Source: Orbicella franksi (Eukaryota). From it: a stretch of DNA of 64,000 nt. Each line of letters opens with the position of its first letter. Within the stretch, counting starts at the first letter, position 1. Positions 37,646 to 50,001 of this stretch are shown here, one piece after another. The DNA lies in assembly GCA_964199315.1 (NCBI GenBank), contig OZ116699.1:24304001-24368000 (forward strand), read 5' to 3'. The notes under the pieces were generated by a model. The model was not told the DNA's origin. It was given only the letters and a program-made list of their open reading frames with translations, and did not search any database. Made by a program: the position numbers and the translations under genes.

Positions 37646-40052
37646 GTGTACAATCTGAAAGTAAATGCGTTTGACTAATGATTACCAAATTGAACTCATA
37701 TACATTTATATATATGAACTGCCAAACAAAATTGTGAAGTGTTCATATCATCCTCGAAGTTGTGATTTCAAAATTCTGGGTTTCGGCGAAAATTGTATGT
37801 TTATCATGTACGTTTAAACAGATTTGGGGCATTTTTTGTAAACGATGCTCTGATATATAAACGTTCGTCTCTTTGATGCTGAGTGCAGTTTAGAAAATAG
37901 TGTAAGTAGACTTGCGACGACTCGGGAAGTTTTGACAAGATAAACTGACCGATTGAGACGCTTCGCTTCCTTTCAATATAGTAAACTAATAAATTTTCAT
38001 CTCGTGGTTTTGAGGAATAATTTAATAGTCTTCATTAATGGACAAATTCCTGAAACTTGTCTTGAAAACTTAAAAGGTCTCTATCACTCTCTGCTTCAGG
38101 TATGAAATAATGAATAAATTATAATCAAAATTACTTAACATAAGAGAGAGAATGGTCTTCGATTACCAGTGAGAAATGTATACAATGCATTTCTCTCACC
38201 TCGGTCATTTCACTCAGACTTCACTTAAAACTGGAAAGTGTCGATATTGTTTAATGAGAAATCATTTGAGTGCCTTGGCTTTGTTTATTAAACATGTACA
38301 CTCGGCTGCAAACATCAATGTAAACAAAACGCTTCCTCCAGGTGTCACCGCGTGCCAGAGTATTTGAATGTAAACGTAACACAGTTAAAACACTGCTCGA
38401 AAGAGTACTTGAAAGAAACAAGTAAAGTTACCAGAAAGAGATGCAATGTCTCTTGTTCGAAAACTGTTGGCTTTAGAGATATCGAGTGGAATGCATTTGA
38501 CTTGAAGAAGGTCTTTTGTCAAACTCGCAGGGTTTTTTTTTCGCGGAGGGGCTGATCACGAAAATTCAACAAACTGAGCAACCATTTCAGGAAGAGAAAT
38601 CAAGCTAAAAAGGCCTGCTGAACTTACCACATAGCTAAGGTTTTTCCTCAAGTCTAGACGATCTTAAAGATCGCAGTGGCAAGCTCTCGGTCTTGACCGT
38701 TGCACGGTGTATTCGGCTGACATGATAAGCGCGCAGTTGCTAGGCTGATTTTTGGCTCGGTTAATTACCTTGTATAAATCTCGACTCATTGTAAGTAATA
38801 ACATTGGGATTAGTGTCTTTTGTAAGGACGTCTCCGGAGAGAGAAAAGTGTAATTAATTCTGTAGTCTATCTGAGCTTAGCTTCAAGTCTCTTAAACGAA
38901 TGCAACACGTTTTGTCTTTTACTCTGGAAATTATATTAATAACAGTTGTACCTAGTGAGGTAAATTAATACGTATGAAATAGACCATTTTCGGATTCCAA
39001 TTCATCAGTTATCACCATGATGATAGATGTATCTCATAGAATTTGCCATCACCCCCTTTTGTCATTGCCACTTAAAGAGTGTATATCTAAAAAGTGCCGA
39101 ATTCTTTAGTAATTTACATCAATGAGCCAGTAAAGCAATTAATAACAATTCAGTATCTATGCTACTCTATGCAACGAAAAGGAGTCAACACGAGATCAGC
39201 TCGATAAGTTCTTTAATGAAAGGCGATATTATTTCTGTTTATTTGGCTATTTGCAGTTATCGAAAGGACCTAAAAGTGAATCAATTCGGACGCGTTTCCG
39301 TGACCATAAATAATCATACATGAAGTCGGTTCGTAAGAAACCATCTTAATATTAATATTGAGGAACTGACAGACTCTCAGTCTGAAATTTACATGCTAAA
39401 CCGGCTTAAAAATGATCTCATGACTATCCTAGCTACTCGGTTTAAGTTTTGCTGCTGATAATCATGCAGATACATGTTTATTGTTATTTCCATACGACAT
39501 GGTGTTTGGGTTACAAACACATATAACTTAATCATTAGAATATATTAGTGTGTACCTCAACGAGTCCTTCGATAATGACGGCCAAAATATTTGCAAACCG
39601 GCGCGCACGTACAATAACTGGGCACAACCTGTTTTCCATCAGACATTGTCGTTGTATCAACAGTAAAGAAATGTGGCCGGTGCGACTCAGTGGCACATTT
39701 TGATCATGCCTTCCAGGATGAAAAACGCAAACTAAAGTAAAGTATATACATATACTTTGTAGCATAACAACGTAAATTGCCGTAATCTTTATTTACACAT
39801 TGCATCTTGAACGACAAGTAGAAATTAATCTGATCGTGGCAAACACGAATTTTTTCTGTAAACTAAGGGAATTCCTAGCTATTGTTTAGAGAGAAGATTG
39901 GATACCGCTGATGTTTCGAGTGACGGTTCCCTTAAAGTTTTCCCTTAATCGTTTTAACGAATGATTTTACTTGACCAACGACTCAGTGGAAGCGCCATCT
40001 CATGTAACCAACTGAAGTCGCGACATTCCGAGTCAGGGTGGCACAACACTTC

Positions 40053-43000
40053 TTAAGTTAACGTATTTTCTTTTTGCTTTCTTCTGTGTTTCCTTGCAGT
40101 TGGTTTGTCAATACGATATCTCTTATCTTCTCCAGTGGCTTGCGCTGCCCTTGCCCCTTCCGCAGTCTTGGCCTCAACGGTGATTGGTCCGAACCCTACG
40201 GGTGAGTTAATAAGCGTCTGTCCGTCAGAGCTAGGAACTTCCTCTGTGGAGTACGATCCTTCCTGGGTAATTCCTTCGTGTCCTATAACTTCTGGATGAA
40301 TTCCGTCGAGGTCTTCATCCTCTCTGAAGTTGTGTAACCGCCTTCGGTATTGAGGTCTGTGAAGAATACGCCTTGTGTAGGTCGGGTAACCAAGTCTGAG
40401 AGGATGGCGAAAAAGAGATCTGTCTTGAAGTAAACCCGGGGATGAAAAGCTTGCAAATGAGTTCAAATCATTTCCTGGACGAGAAAACGCGTTTGAAACC
40501 AGTGGCGAGATAAAACTTGAAGGAGCTAAAGATGATGACATCATAGATGATGCCAGTGGTGATGTCATCCGCTGCGATACCGCCGGCGATGACCTTTCGG
40601 CCAAGTTGGTACCCAGGTTAGCCATGGGTGTCACCAGAGATGACGTCATATAGCGGAGTGGTGTTGAGTCCAAGGAGAGAATATTTCCCAGTGACTGAGG
40701 TCCTGCCATGCTTACCTGCTGTTGTACGCCTGACGGCTGCATGCCCACCTGTTGCTCCATGCCTACAGGCTGCATCCCTAATGACTGACGTGTAAACGGC
40801 TGCTCCTGTAATAGTTGCTGCTGAAGTTGTAGCTGACGTAACTGCAACGGTTGTGGCGGTAAGACTTGCTGAGTGAACGTTGTTTGTAATGGCTGTAGTT
40901 GCTGTAGCGATTCCAGGGTTGGTGTCAGCACCAGCTGTCGTTTGTAATTTTGAGACACGTCGTCTTGTAATAAGTCGTCCACACTGTTTGAATCTTCAGC
41001 GGCTAGAATTGGCTCAACTAGAGTTTGTCGCTTGACTTTCCTTTTGTCTTTAAAGTGCTCTTGCTGGTGTTGTTTCTTGGCTTTCTTTTCTGAGGATCCA
41101 GGGACCTTGGATCTGCTCACCACTGGAGACCGTCGCATTAACGAGGAAAGGTCGACATACCGCGCCAAGGGTTGTTGACCAATCAACGACCCCCCTGTAG
41201 AAAAGAATTATATATTACTTTTATAAGGAAATGTACTGAGATATTCATAATCGCCCAATGGTTTATTTACTGACATAAAGAACTGTGCTCAATGCCCGTA
41301 TCTCGTTTTCTTTAACGAACAATGGGCTTAAAATTGAATTGATATGCGGAAATTGTTGATTCTTTCAATCATTTAGCTGATTCTTTCAATGTTACTAGAG
41401 GAGGGATGTAAATTTTATACTCGCTTTCTCTCTCAACCCCATAACGTTTTCCTATTTCATAGTCCTCCTCGCCCTGAGTTTAATTTCATCTTCGCTTCCA
41501 CTAGCGGCTTTCGGCTTTCTATAAAGAAAACCACGGTGCTGATTGACTATCGAAGCGTATCAGCCGATCACTCATAGCTTCGCAATGTTTCCATATAGTT
41601 ATCTTGAGGAAATCTAACGTAGCCATCACTTGTTGGCAATAAATGTTCTCATAGAATATATTAGGTAATTTTGATTCCCGTCATTCGGGTCACGTGATGA
41701 ACACTTAGTAGATAATTCTCGCGCGACGATCCCTTTTGTGCACCAGTGATGACACGGTAGTCACGTGTTCCACAACAATGAAAATGTTGAAAAGCTTATC
41801 CAACCACACAACGAATGAATGGAATTGAAGGCGTTATGTTTGAGGTCAAGGTTACAGGTAAGTCTCACTCGTTTTAAGGAAAATGATAAACGCATGAGAG
41901 ACATCAACAATTAATACTGACTGGATTTACAATTTATCAAAAAATGGGGTTCTTTCCAGGAGCTATGAATTGCTTATATTTCATTTTGTAAGCTCTGACA
42001 ATATTTACATGAGTCAAAATTCAACAAAAGCTGCACTGTATATAAGTTCAGTTTCTGGCAAACATACCAAGTAATCCATTGGTAAGGGGAAGAGAACTCT
42101 GTGCGCTGTATGGCTGAGCCAATGGCGAAGGGATGTACGTTCTTCCATAACCCATCATAGCACCTCCATACTGTGTTGCTCCTAGGTAAGATGGTACCAA
42201 ACCCAGAGCACTCCCTTCTGCATTCACACCTGGTGTGCCTAACGCATTACCATAATCCAAGTCTCGCAATGAATTCAAATTTCTTTGTCTTAAGAGCGAG
42301 TTATATAGAGATGTTAGGCCATTCAACTCACTGTAGAGCCTCTGATAGCCTCGTAAGATATCAGAATTATCTCGGTGTCTTGAGGAACCTTGTGAAGGTA
42401 AAATACTTCTTGACAGACCTGACTCTTGTAGACTTTGTTGGGGGGTGAGCTGTGAGGGTAGTGCAAATAACCCTGCTGTTTGAGGACTTTGTCGGGCACC
42501 GTAAGCTCCAAGTCCTGAACCAAACAGAGCATACTGAGGTAAGGCACCATATCCGTAACTTCCGTAAGCATTTAGGCCTCCTGGAGAAGACAGCAACGAC
42601 GGTTGTACAAACTTAGGAACCGCAGAGATAAATTGACGCTTCCGAGATTTGGAGCCCCTCTTGTGATCACTTGTACGCGGAATATCCGACTTGTGTGTTC
42701 TGACTCCGGTTTCATCTTTGCTCGGTCTGGGAAACCTTTGTCGCTTTACCCCGTTGTAAAACCAGTCGTGACCGAACGGACCGAACGGTAAGTGGTATCC
42801 ACTATGGTAAAACATAGCTGGATGATGATGAATGACCGGAGGAGGAGCATAGTGCTGCGCGAGGTGAATTGCTGGGTGAAATATTGGAATCGCTGGGGTG
42901 CCAGGCTTTGCCACAACTTGAAGAGACGCTGGTTTGGCGTTGACTTTCACTCCAGCAGGGTTGGCATTCACTTCAATCTCTGCGGCTTTGTCGTCGACTT

Positions 43001-43142
43001 GAAAATGCGACGGTTCACCAGATTGAGTCACTGTTCCACCATCTTCAGGAAAAGGTCTTGGTCTAACGCGTCCATTAAAAGCGAACAAACAAAGAATACA
43101 CACTGTTACCCGAAATCCATCGCCAAAACAAAACCATATCAT
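40053..43142 (-). CDS. Secreted low-complexity polyprotein A, about 738 aa; exons 42068-43142 and 40053-41194
   Basis: Donor CTT G|gtatgt at 42068 and acceptor ttttctacag|GG GGG TCG at 41194 are both phase 1. There is a hydrophobic N-terminal segment (FRVTVCILCLFAF) and four KR|Q sites (KRQRF, KRQFI, KRQTL, KRQLV). His/Pro-, Gly/Tyr-, Gln- and Ser/Met-rich blocks follow. No Cys after the N-terminus. Confidence 0.8.
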
Positions 43143-46100
43143 GCTTGTACGTTGGTAATAAATATTGACGCCCGTTATTTTGGTTTAGAAAAGAAAAACA
43201 TGTCTATTCTTCAATAAAATGAAACCAAAACCGAAACCTTGTGGTTCACAGATACTTTGCGGTGAGATCATGAAAATGGTAAATAATAAATAACTTTAAC
43301 CACTATATCAACAAGTGGCTCAATTCTTTCGAATCATTTTCTATCATTGTTGCTATAAACGCCATATTACTAAAGCGATGGGCGTTTCTCTGCCTTAATA
43401 GTCGATAAGGTAGGTAAGACTTTGGTCGAAAATAACAATTTGATGCGAGATCAACAAGAAAGAGGAGTTAAAAACGTCGATAATACTACAAATCAAATAT
43501 GGAAAACAACAAATTCGAGTGTTTGTCTTAAATTATTCTAATTTTGTTGGACCTAACTTTAATTGAGTTCCCATGTCTTTGGGTTTGATAACAAAAAATA
43601 GGAACAGAGAAACTAGCGAAGCCGGGTGGTTTCTGTCACCCATTGGCTAAGGTTGTCGTCATGGCAATTTATTTTCTTGAGACAGATCGATAAAGGCGGA
43701 GCGCCCAATGGGGGGAAGGAAAAAGCCGACTTTCGAACGCGTAACAAAAATGAGAAAAGCGTCTGCACGGAAGGTGGAATTCTTCGACCAGACCGAAGAT
43801 TAAACCCTATTTTCTAGTGGTCTGTTTATTTCAATTATCATTTCTTCGTTAAAACGCACTTAACGTGAGCTTAACATTGACTCTAAACCGCTGATTCAGA
43901 ACGGCTGAGTTTCTTTTGAAAGCACAGCCCGTGTAATGTAAATTACTTGCAAGATTGATACCTCACTAGTAATCAATCATTTGCATCCCTACGCACCAGT
44001 CCGAGTAGTGGGTTAACTTCGGATAAAGCTGAAGCTTCAGATTCGAAACATTTTTAGTTTAATAACTCGTTTCATTTCTCGTTTGAGCCTAAATGCCTTA
44101 AATATCCCCAAACCTACGTTACTCGCGTCTATTTACATTTGAGCAGGATACCCTGCCTTAAAGCCAAGTCCACTTTAGTTTACTAGCAAAAACTGTCCGG
44201 CACGGTCATCATTCAAGCCGAATTAAGCATGTTCGGCCGACGCTGACATTGTGATATGCGATTCTTCCCGATGTGTTTCAGTTATTAGCCTAGGCGATTT
44301 ATATCTCTCTTAGTCCTTTTCATCCCGAGTGAAACATAAGGCGTCAACGATCTGCTACCAACTTCGCAGCATGTTGTGCCTGGCCCCATGGCAAACACAA
44401 GTCAGGCGCTTAATATGATCATTTCTAACCGTCTCCTCTCGTATCGCCGACGAGTTGTTTCGGAATGGGGAATCCGTGGAATTTCTCCAAGCAAACTCTT
44501 TACTGTGGGAAAGAATGAACCCTATAAAGCTAGAATATTACTACATGTCGGCTGACCTGGCCAATTGTGCCCAAGATTAATAGCAAGTGAATTGTCAAAG
44601 GTTTAAACGCCTTGTTATTCCGAAACATGTCTTACTGACCCTTCCTAAGAGCTAATAAACAGACTTAAACATTTCAAAGGTTTTTTCTTTTTTTTTTCGT
44701 GAACGCGGAAAGCAGAATCGGTTCTAGCGTACAGCACCATACTGGCAAACTGGCAGAAACTAAGGATTAAATGTCAAATATATCTTTTAGGGAAATGTTA
44801 ATCTCTAGATCGCTTTAAATGGACGTTCTTCGCGGTGAAGTAGCAAAGAGTAACGATCCCGATTCCCCAAAACTACAAAACAATTAATTTTCAAACGTGC
44901 AGTTTTTCTTACAGGGGAGGGGGCGGGGGTGGGTGGCACCATAAACAAGAAACCACGTAAATTAAGGTTATTCCTTTAATAAATTCCCCATCATGGAGGG
45001 AGTAATCAACGGAATATAGACACGGGTAAACCCCTCAAAATGTTTCATAAAGGAGAAAATTCACTGAACAAACCAGCTGGGAGCAATTATTTTCACAAAT
45101 CGTTAGTTTTATTTTGACAATTGCTTAAAACAAAATGAGTAACTTTTTTTTTTCTTCGGATAAAAATCATTTGTGAGGTAACCGTCCTTGAAGCCCATTT
45201 TCGGCTCTGGTGCAGTCTCCGACACAATAAAGCAATAAGGTGTACTACACACGTGACACATTAACGTGGGCGTCTGTCTTGTTTCATTCAAAATGTCAAC
45301 ATGTCAATCTCCGCAGGGATTTACAAAATCCCTTTCGAGTCTTTGGAATCGCGTAAAAATCATTCCATTGATAGTAGAGCATCTCTAAATATGGGGACCA
45401 CTGCTTGGCACTTTGAAGGACCCCATTCTGAAAACAAAAACAAAATACTATTGCTGGTCATACAAATTACAACAAGTCTGTACAAACATCAATCTCAGTG
45501 AACAATGGTCAGAAGTTAAAGGACCGTTTCGTAAGAGAGATGAATGTCAAAGCGTAAGTTTGTGGGGTCCTGTAACAGTTAATTAAAGTAGCATTTTTCA
45601 GTAGTTCTCGTCAAAAAACATATTCCCGTCCCACTGAAAAATGTTGTTTACAATGTTAATGTTGAAGTGGTATCCGAGATAGAATGATGGCACGTGTTCT
45701 ACTACACTTTTGGTCTCTTTCAAATGCAATACGTTTTGTTGACGCAATTTACGAACAAAACACAACATTCTCGATAACTGTCCTATACCGTTCCAATTCG
45801 CCTTTCAAAATCTCCGATAGCATTTCATTCTTTTGATATCCCCACTAAATGAAATTCAAATTTTCCATTATATGAACTGGGTAAATTGTATGGAATTTTC
45901 GTACTGTTTTTCAGCTTTTCGGTGGTTCACTGTTTGGTTTCTACTAAAATAAAGTCAAGAATAGATATTTCTGACAGGAAAACGATACGCAGCACAGAAG
46001 CACAAAGAGAAGCGATTCATTACTAATCAACCTGCACACTTCTAAACTAGACCAAAGCCACTGAAGCGATAGATTGACCTGTTCCATAAAATAACATCCA

Positions 46101-46525
46101 CGTATTTTAGAGAGAGAGAGAGAGAGAAAAAAAAAAAACAGTTTTCCGTTGAAAATAAAACAAAACAAAACAAACAAACAAACTTGAAATGAACCATTTC
46201 AAGAATAGATTATTTTCATATAGACGTTTTTAGAAAAAAATATCGACAAGGGCTGCATGAGGGACGAAAAAATCCCTCATACCTCGACCGTAAAGAGCCC
46301 GTGAATAAGTTTCAAAGCAAAATGCCGTTACTGAGCAAAGTAAATGTAACTATTGCTAGTGAATTTATTGTGATTTATGGATAACAAACGCCCGTCCTGC
46401 AATGTCGGCTTCATTTGCTACATGTACTGATTACTTATAACTATACAAAGTAGAAATATTCACATCCAAGTCTTTTTGTCGTTGCATAAAATTGTTTACC
46501 TACCAATTCGATACAGCATCGAATT

Positions 46526-48526
46526 TTATTGTCCTGGTCGCGGAATCTCTGTTTTCTTGACAATGGCTGCATTTCTTCCACTGTCAAGGGGATTTCTTGT
46601 GAGGTAGCCTCTGGTTATCTTTCTAAGCCGTCCAGGGATGAAAGAACGGGGAACAGTCGACCTAGCCTCTTCTCCACCGAGACCGCCCGCCATTGGTGAA
46701 CCCATCGATCCACCAAGACCCGCAAGACCACCAGGAAGCTCCTCAGGAGCCGGCTGTCCACCAAGACCACCTAGACCTCCAGCGTCAGAAAAGCTGTTGG
46801 CCCCCATGGGGGAACCTTCGTTCCCACCAAGGCCTGCTGCACCTCCGAGACTTGCTCCCGCAAGGCCAGCAAGGCTATCAGCACCAGGACCCATTTCTCC
46901 TCCTTGTCCGCCTTCTGAGAACGAGCTTGGGTTGAATCCCTCCCCGAAGGCTTTCGCAGAAAGATCGCCGAAAGCTTCACCTGGATTACCACCTTCCAAA
47001 GGGCTGCCATGACCAGCAGCCAAATCGCCTAATCCTGCAGGACTTGCCCCTCCGTGTTCGTTTGGATGAACAAATATTACTGAGTCACCATTGGGTCCAG
47101 AGTTAGCGTTGGAGAACATTTGACGCCTTAGCCTTGTGGAAGCTTCCTCAATGGATCTTGTACTGACTTGCTTATCTTCCTCTGCTTTTGGCGTCTCACC
47201 ACTATCTTCTTGTGAATCTCCACTTGATTCCTCTGTCGCTGTTTGCCCTGCTTCTGTATTTGCAGTAGGTTGCGTTACATCTGTTGCCTCTTTTTGCGGC
47301 TTTTCGTCCTCGTACTCTGCTTCTTTATCTCCACTACTCTGCTCAGCTTCATCCTTGACAGTCTCCGCGGAGCTCTCTTTTTTAGAGTCCACAGCCTTAG
47401 CTATCTTTGATCGCTTCTTCCATCCACCATAAGGGTGCACAATATGAGGCTGGTGAATGACAATTGGAGGACGATGATAGATTGTAGGTGGAGAGGTGAC
47501 ATGCACAGCTGGGAAGTGATTTCCAGCGTTTATGATAGGCACAGGAGGCCCAAGATGGACAGCGGGAACATGGGGACGTACATGAATGGCTGGGACATGA
47601 GATGGGACATTTATAACTGGAACATGTGGACCAATATGGACTGCAGGTACGTGAGGCCCAATATGAACCGGAGGATAATGTGGACCAACGTGAATGGGTG
47701 GAGTGTGAGGTCCTACATTCACTGTGTGGGGAAATGGATGCCAACCAAACCACTGACGTTTGACTTTCTGTGCTACGATTTCGCGTTTTGATTTCCCTTT
47801 ATGCTTATGAGATTCACTCTCGTCTCTTTCAGAATCATCATCACTATCATCATCGTCCTCTTCTGCATTTTCAGGTATTGTGGAGCGTCCAAAGTAACCG
47901 GGTCCCCCAGCAAACCCACCAAAGCCTCCATAGCCTCCATAGCCTCCATAGCCTCCAAACCCACCATATCCGCCAAAGCCTGCGGGATATTGAAAGTGTG
48001 GTTGATGGAAAACAATTGGTGGTTGATGATATACTGTCGATGGCGACATAACGTGCACCGGCGGACCGGTGAGCGCATTAACGGCGTGAACGGGCGGCGT
48101 CATATGAACAAAAGGCACATGTGGCCTGACGTGTAGAAGGGGTGCGTTTGTTCCATAGTGAAGACTTGGAACTCGAGGACTAAGATGAACAGCGGGCACA
48201 TGTGGTCCAATGTGAACCGGAGGTGCGTTTGGTCCAATATTCACGGGCGGACTATGCGGGCCCAACACTGCCGTGTGCTCGTATGGATGAAAACCTTGTA
48301 AATGAGGGTAAGCAATAACTTGAAGCTTTGAAGGTTTGGCTTGAACTTTTACTCCTTCGGGATCAGCATTCACAACCAACTCCGGCGGTTTTTCATGAAC
48401 AGTGTAACGAACGGCATTTTTCCTTGGGCTTCGTTTACTTTTTGCACCTTTCGTTAAAACGCCGGTTGAAAAACATAACAATACTACCCCTAGCAGACAT
48501 AGCCATAATCCCCGAAAGGCCGCCAT
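46526..48526 (-). CDS. Secreted His/Pro/Val- and Gly-rich polyprotein B, 666 aa, single coding exon
   Basis: ATG at 48526 gives MAAFRGLWLCLLGVVLLCFSTGVLT, a classical signal peptide. It has two GPHVPAVHI-type nonapeptide arrays, a GGY/GGF tract, acidic spacers and a Gly/Ala/Leu-rich block. Sites KR|QWFG and RR|QMFS. Confidence 0.88.
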   Translation of the reverse strand: MAAFRGLWLCLLGVVLLCFSTGVLTKGAKSKRSPRKNAVRYTVHEKPPELVVNADPEGVKVQAKPSKLQVIAYPHLQGFHPYEHTAVLGPHSPPVNIGPNAPPVHIGPHVPAVHLSPRVPSLHYGTNAPLLHVRPHVPFVHMTPPVHAVNALTGPPVHVMSPSTVYHQPPIVFHQPHFQYPAGFGGYGGFGGYGGYGGYGGFGGFAGGPGYFGRSTIPENAEEDDDDSDDDSERDESESHKHKGKSKREIVAQKVKRQWFGWHPFPHTVNVGPHTPPIHVGPHYPPVHIGPHVPAVHIGPHVPVINVPSHVPAIHVRPHVPAVHLGPPVPIINAGNHFPAVHVTSPPTIYHRPPIVIHQPHIVHPYGGWKKRSKIAKAVDSKKESSAETVKDEAEQSSGDKEAEYEDEKPQKEATDVTQPTANTEAGQTATEESSGDSQEDSGETPKAEEDKQVSTRSIEEASTRLRRQMFSNANSGPNGDSVIFVHPNEHGGASPAGLGDLAAGHGSPLEGGNPGEAFGDLSAKAFGEGFNPSSFSEGGQGGEMGPGADSLAGLAGASLGGAAGLGGNEGSPMGANSFSDAGGLGGLGGQPAPEELPGGLAGLGGSMGSPMAGGLGGEEARSTVPRSFIPGRLRKITRGYLTRNPLDSGRNAAIVKKTEIPRPGQ

Positions 48527-50001
48527 ATCGGGGAAAAGTAAACTTGTAAACAAATACGGCCTTGCAGATTCTGTTTAAGCGCAATAAGTCAAAACACAAG
48601 AGATCTGTCGATGGTCTTAGTGGTCAAACCGAGATTACTTCACTCCCAGGGAATTTTTTGCTATGATTTAATCTTTTATCATCTCATCGCACGTGGCAAT
48701 TAGTTTTCACGGATCAATAGCAGTTTATGGCAGCGTCACATCATACAATAAAACCACCGGCGGTTATTTTCAAATAGCAGGTTTATTTAGGAATATGCTA
48801 TTCTTACTGGAAGAATGGTGTTCACGCTAATCAACGAACAAAAAATAGATTAATAAATTTTTCACAGGACGTTTTCCCAGATTGACTTCCGTGTAACTAC
48901 GAGTGTAAAAACCAGGTTAATTACACCAAAAACATAGAATGTTCACGCTTTTTATCTGGCCAGTAGTAAATTGGTTAACATCCTGGCAAGTGATAACTTT
49001 CATTAAAGACGACAGTGACAGATTTATAGATCTCTTCCACTCTCCGCGATGTGCGTTAAAATAATTAAAAGTTGTCCAACCTTATCTCCTAATACGTCTC
49101 AAACAAAATCTGCTGATAAAACTCTGTGCTCGTGCAAGTTAACCTAGACATTGAACTAACATCAATAGCTTCTTGCATGGTTCATTATCCACAAACAATT
49201 GAAGACCAAACAATTCAATTTCGTGTTGATGTTTTTCTTTTCCGAGTTGTTGTGACTACTGAAGCGAATTTCTGTGGAGAATAGCAAAACTGGAAACGAT
49301 ATCGTTCATTACAAATAGAAAATACGTCCACACTTTTAAACGAACAAAGTTAACAACCAAGGTCACCTTGTATTTCGTTCCGAGCACGAAATAACGGCAA
49401 ACACCGAGTAATAATATTAAAAAAAAAAAAAACACAAGAAAAACGAATTAAAAAAGGCAAAGTTGTCACCACAAAATTTATGTACCAAACATTAGAGCTA
49501 AAATCAACGAAATTGCTTCTCTTAGAAACATAATGCAGGAATATCTTAACAGTAATTGGTCTTCTAATTTCCAGATTACAAAACAAAGAAATAACACAAG
49601 GATAGGCACAGTCGCTTGTGAAACATACCTGTCGCTTCAAAACGATTTCACAAAATGACCGTTTTAAATACATTTCTTAAATCAGCAAACATCACATAAA
49701 GGCAAATTATCATAATTGTTTTTTTATTGGTTTTCTGTGAAAGTTTAGACGAATCGCGATAAATACAAGACATAAAGGGACAAACAATAATACACAGGTA
49801 CCAACAACCATTAAATTTTAAATCTTCTATTGCGAGAAACAAAGTTCTTCCCGGTGAATTGCTTTAGTAAGGGGAACACAATTGAAAGGATTAAGTGTCC
49901 AAACTGTTTGTTTTTAAAAGAAGAAAACATTGAACTGTAGAACCCGATTGAACAGAAGACAATCATCTTGGAGACAGTTAGCTACTGCCCCCTACTCTTG
50001 A

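Noticed and set aside
46638-48136. Many overlapping plus-strand and alternate-frame ORFs over gene B (e.g. 46638-47012, 47136-47432, 47435-47791)
   Set aside because: Shadow ORFs caused by the codon bias of a low-complexity, stop-poor coding strand; no independent signal.
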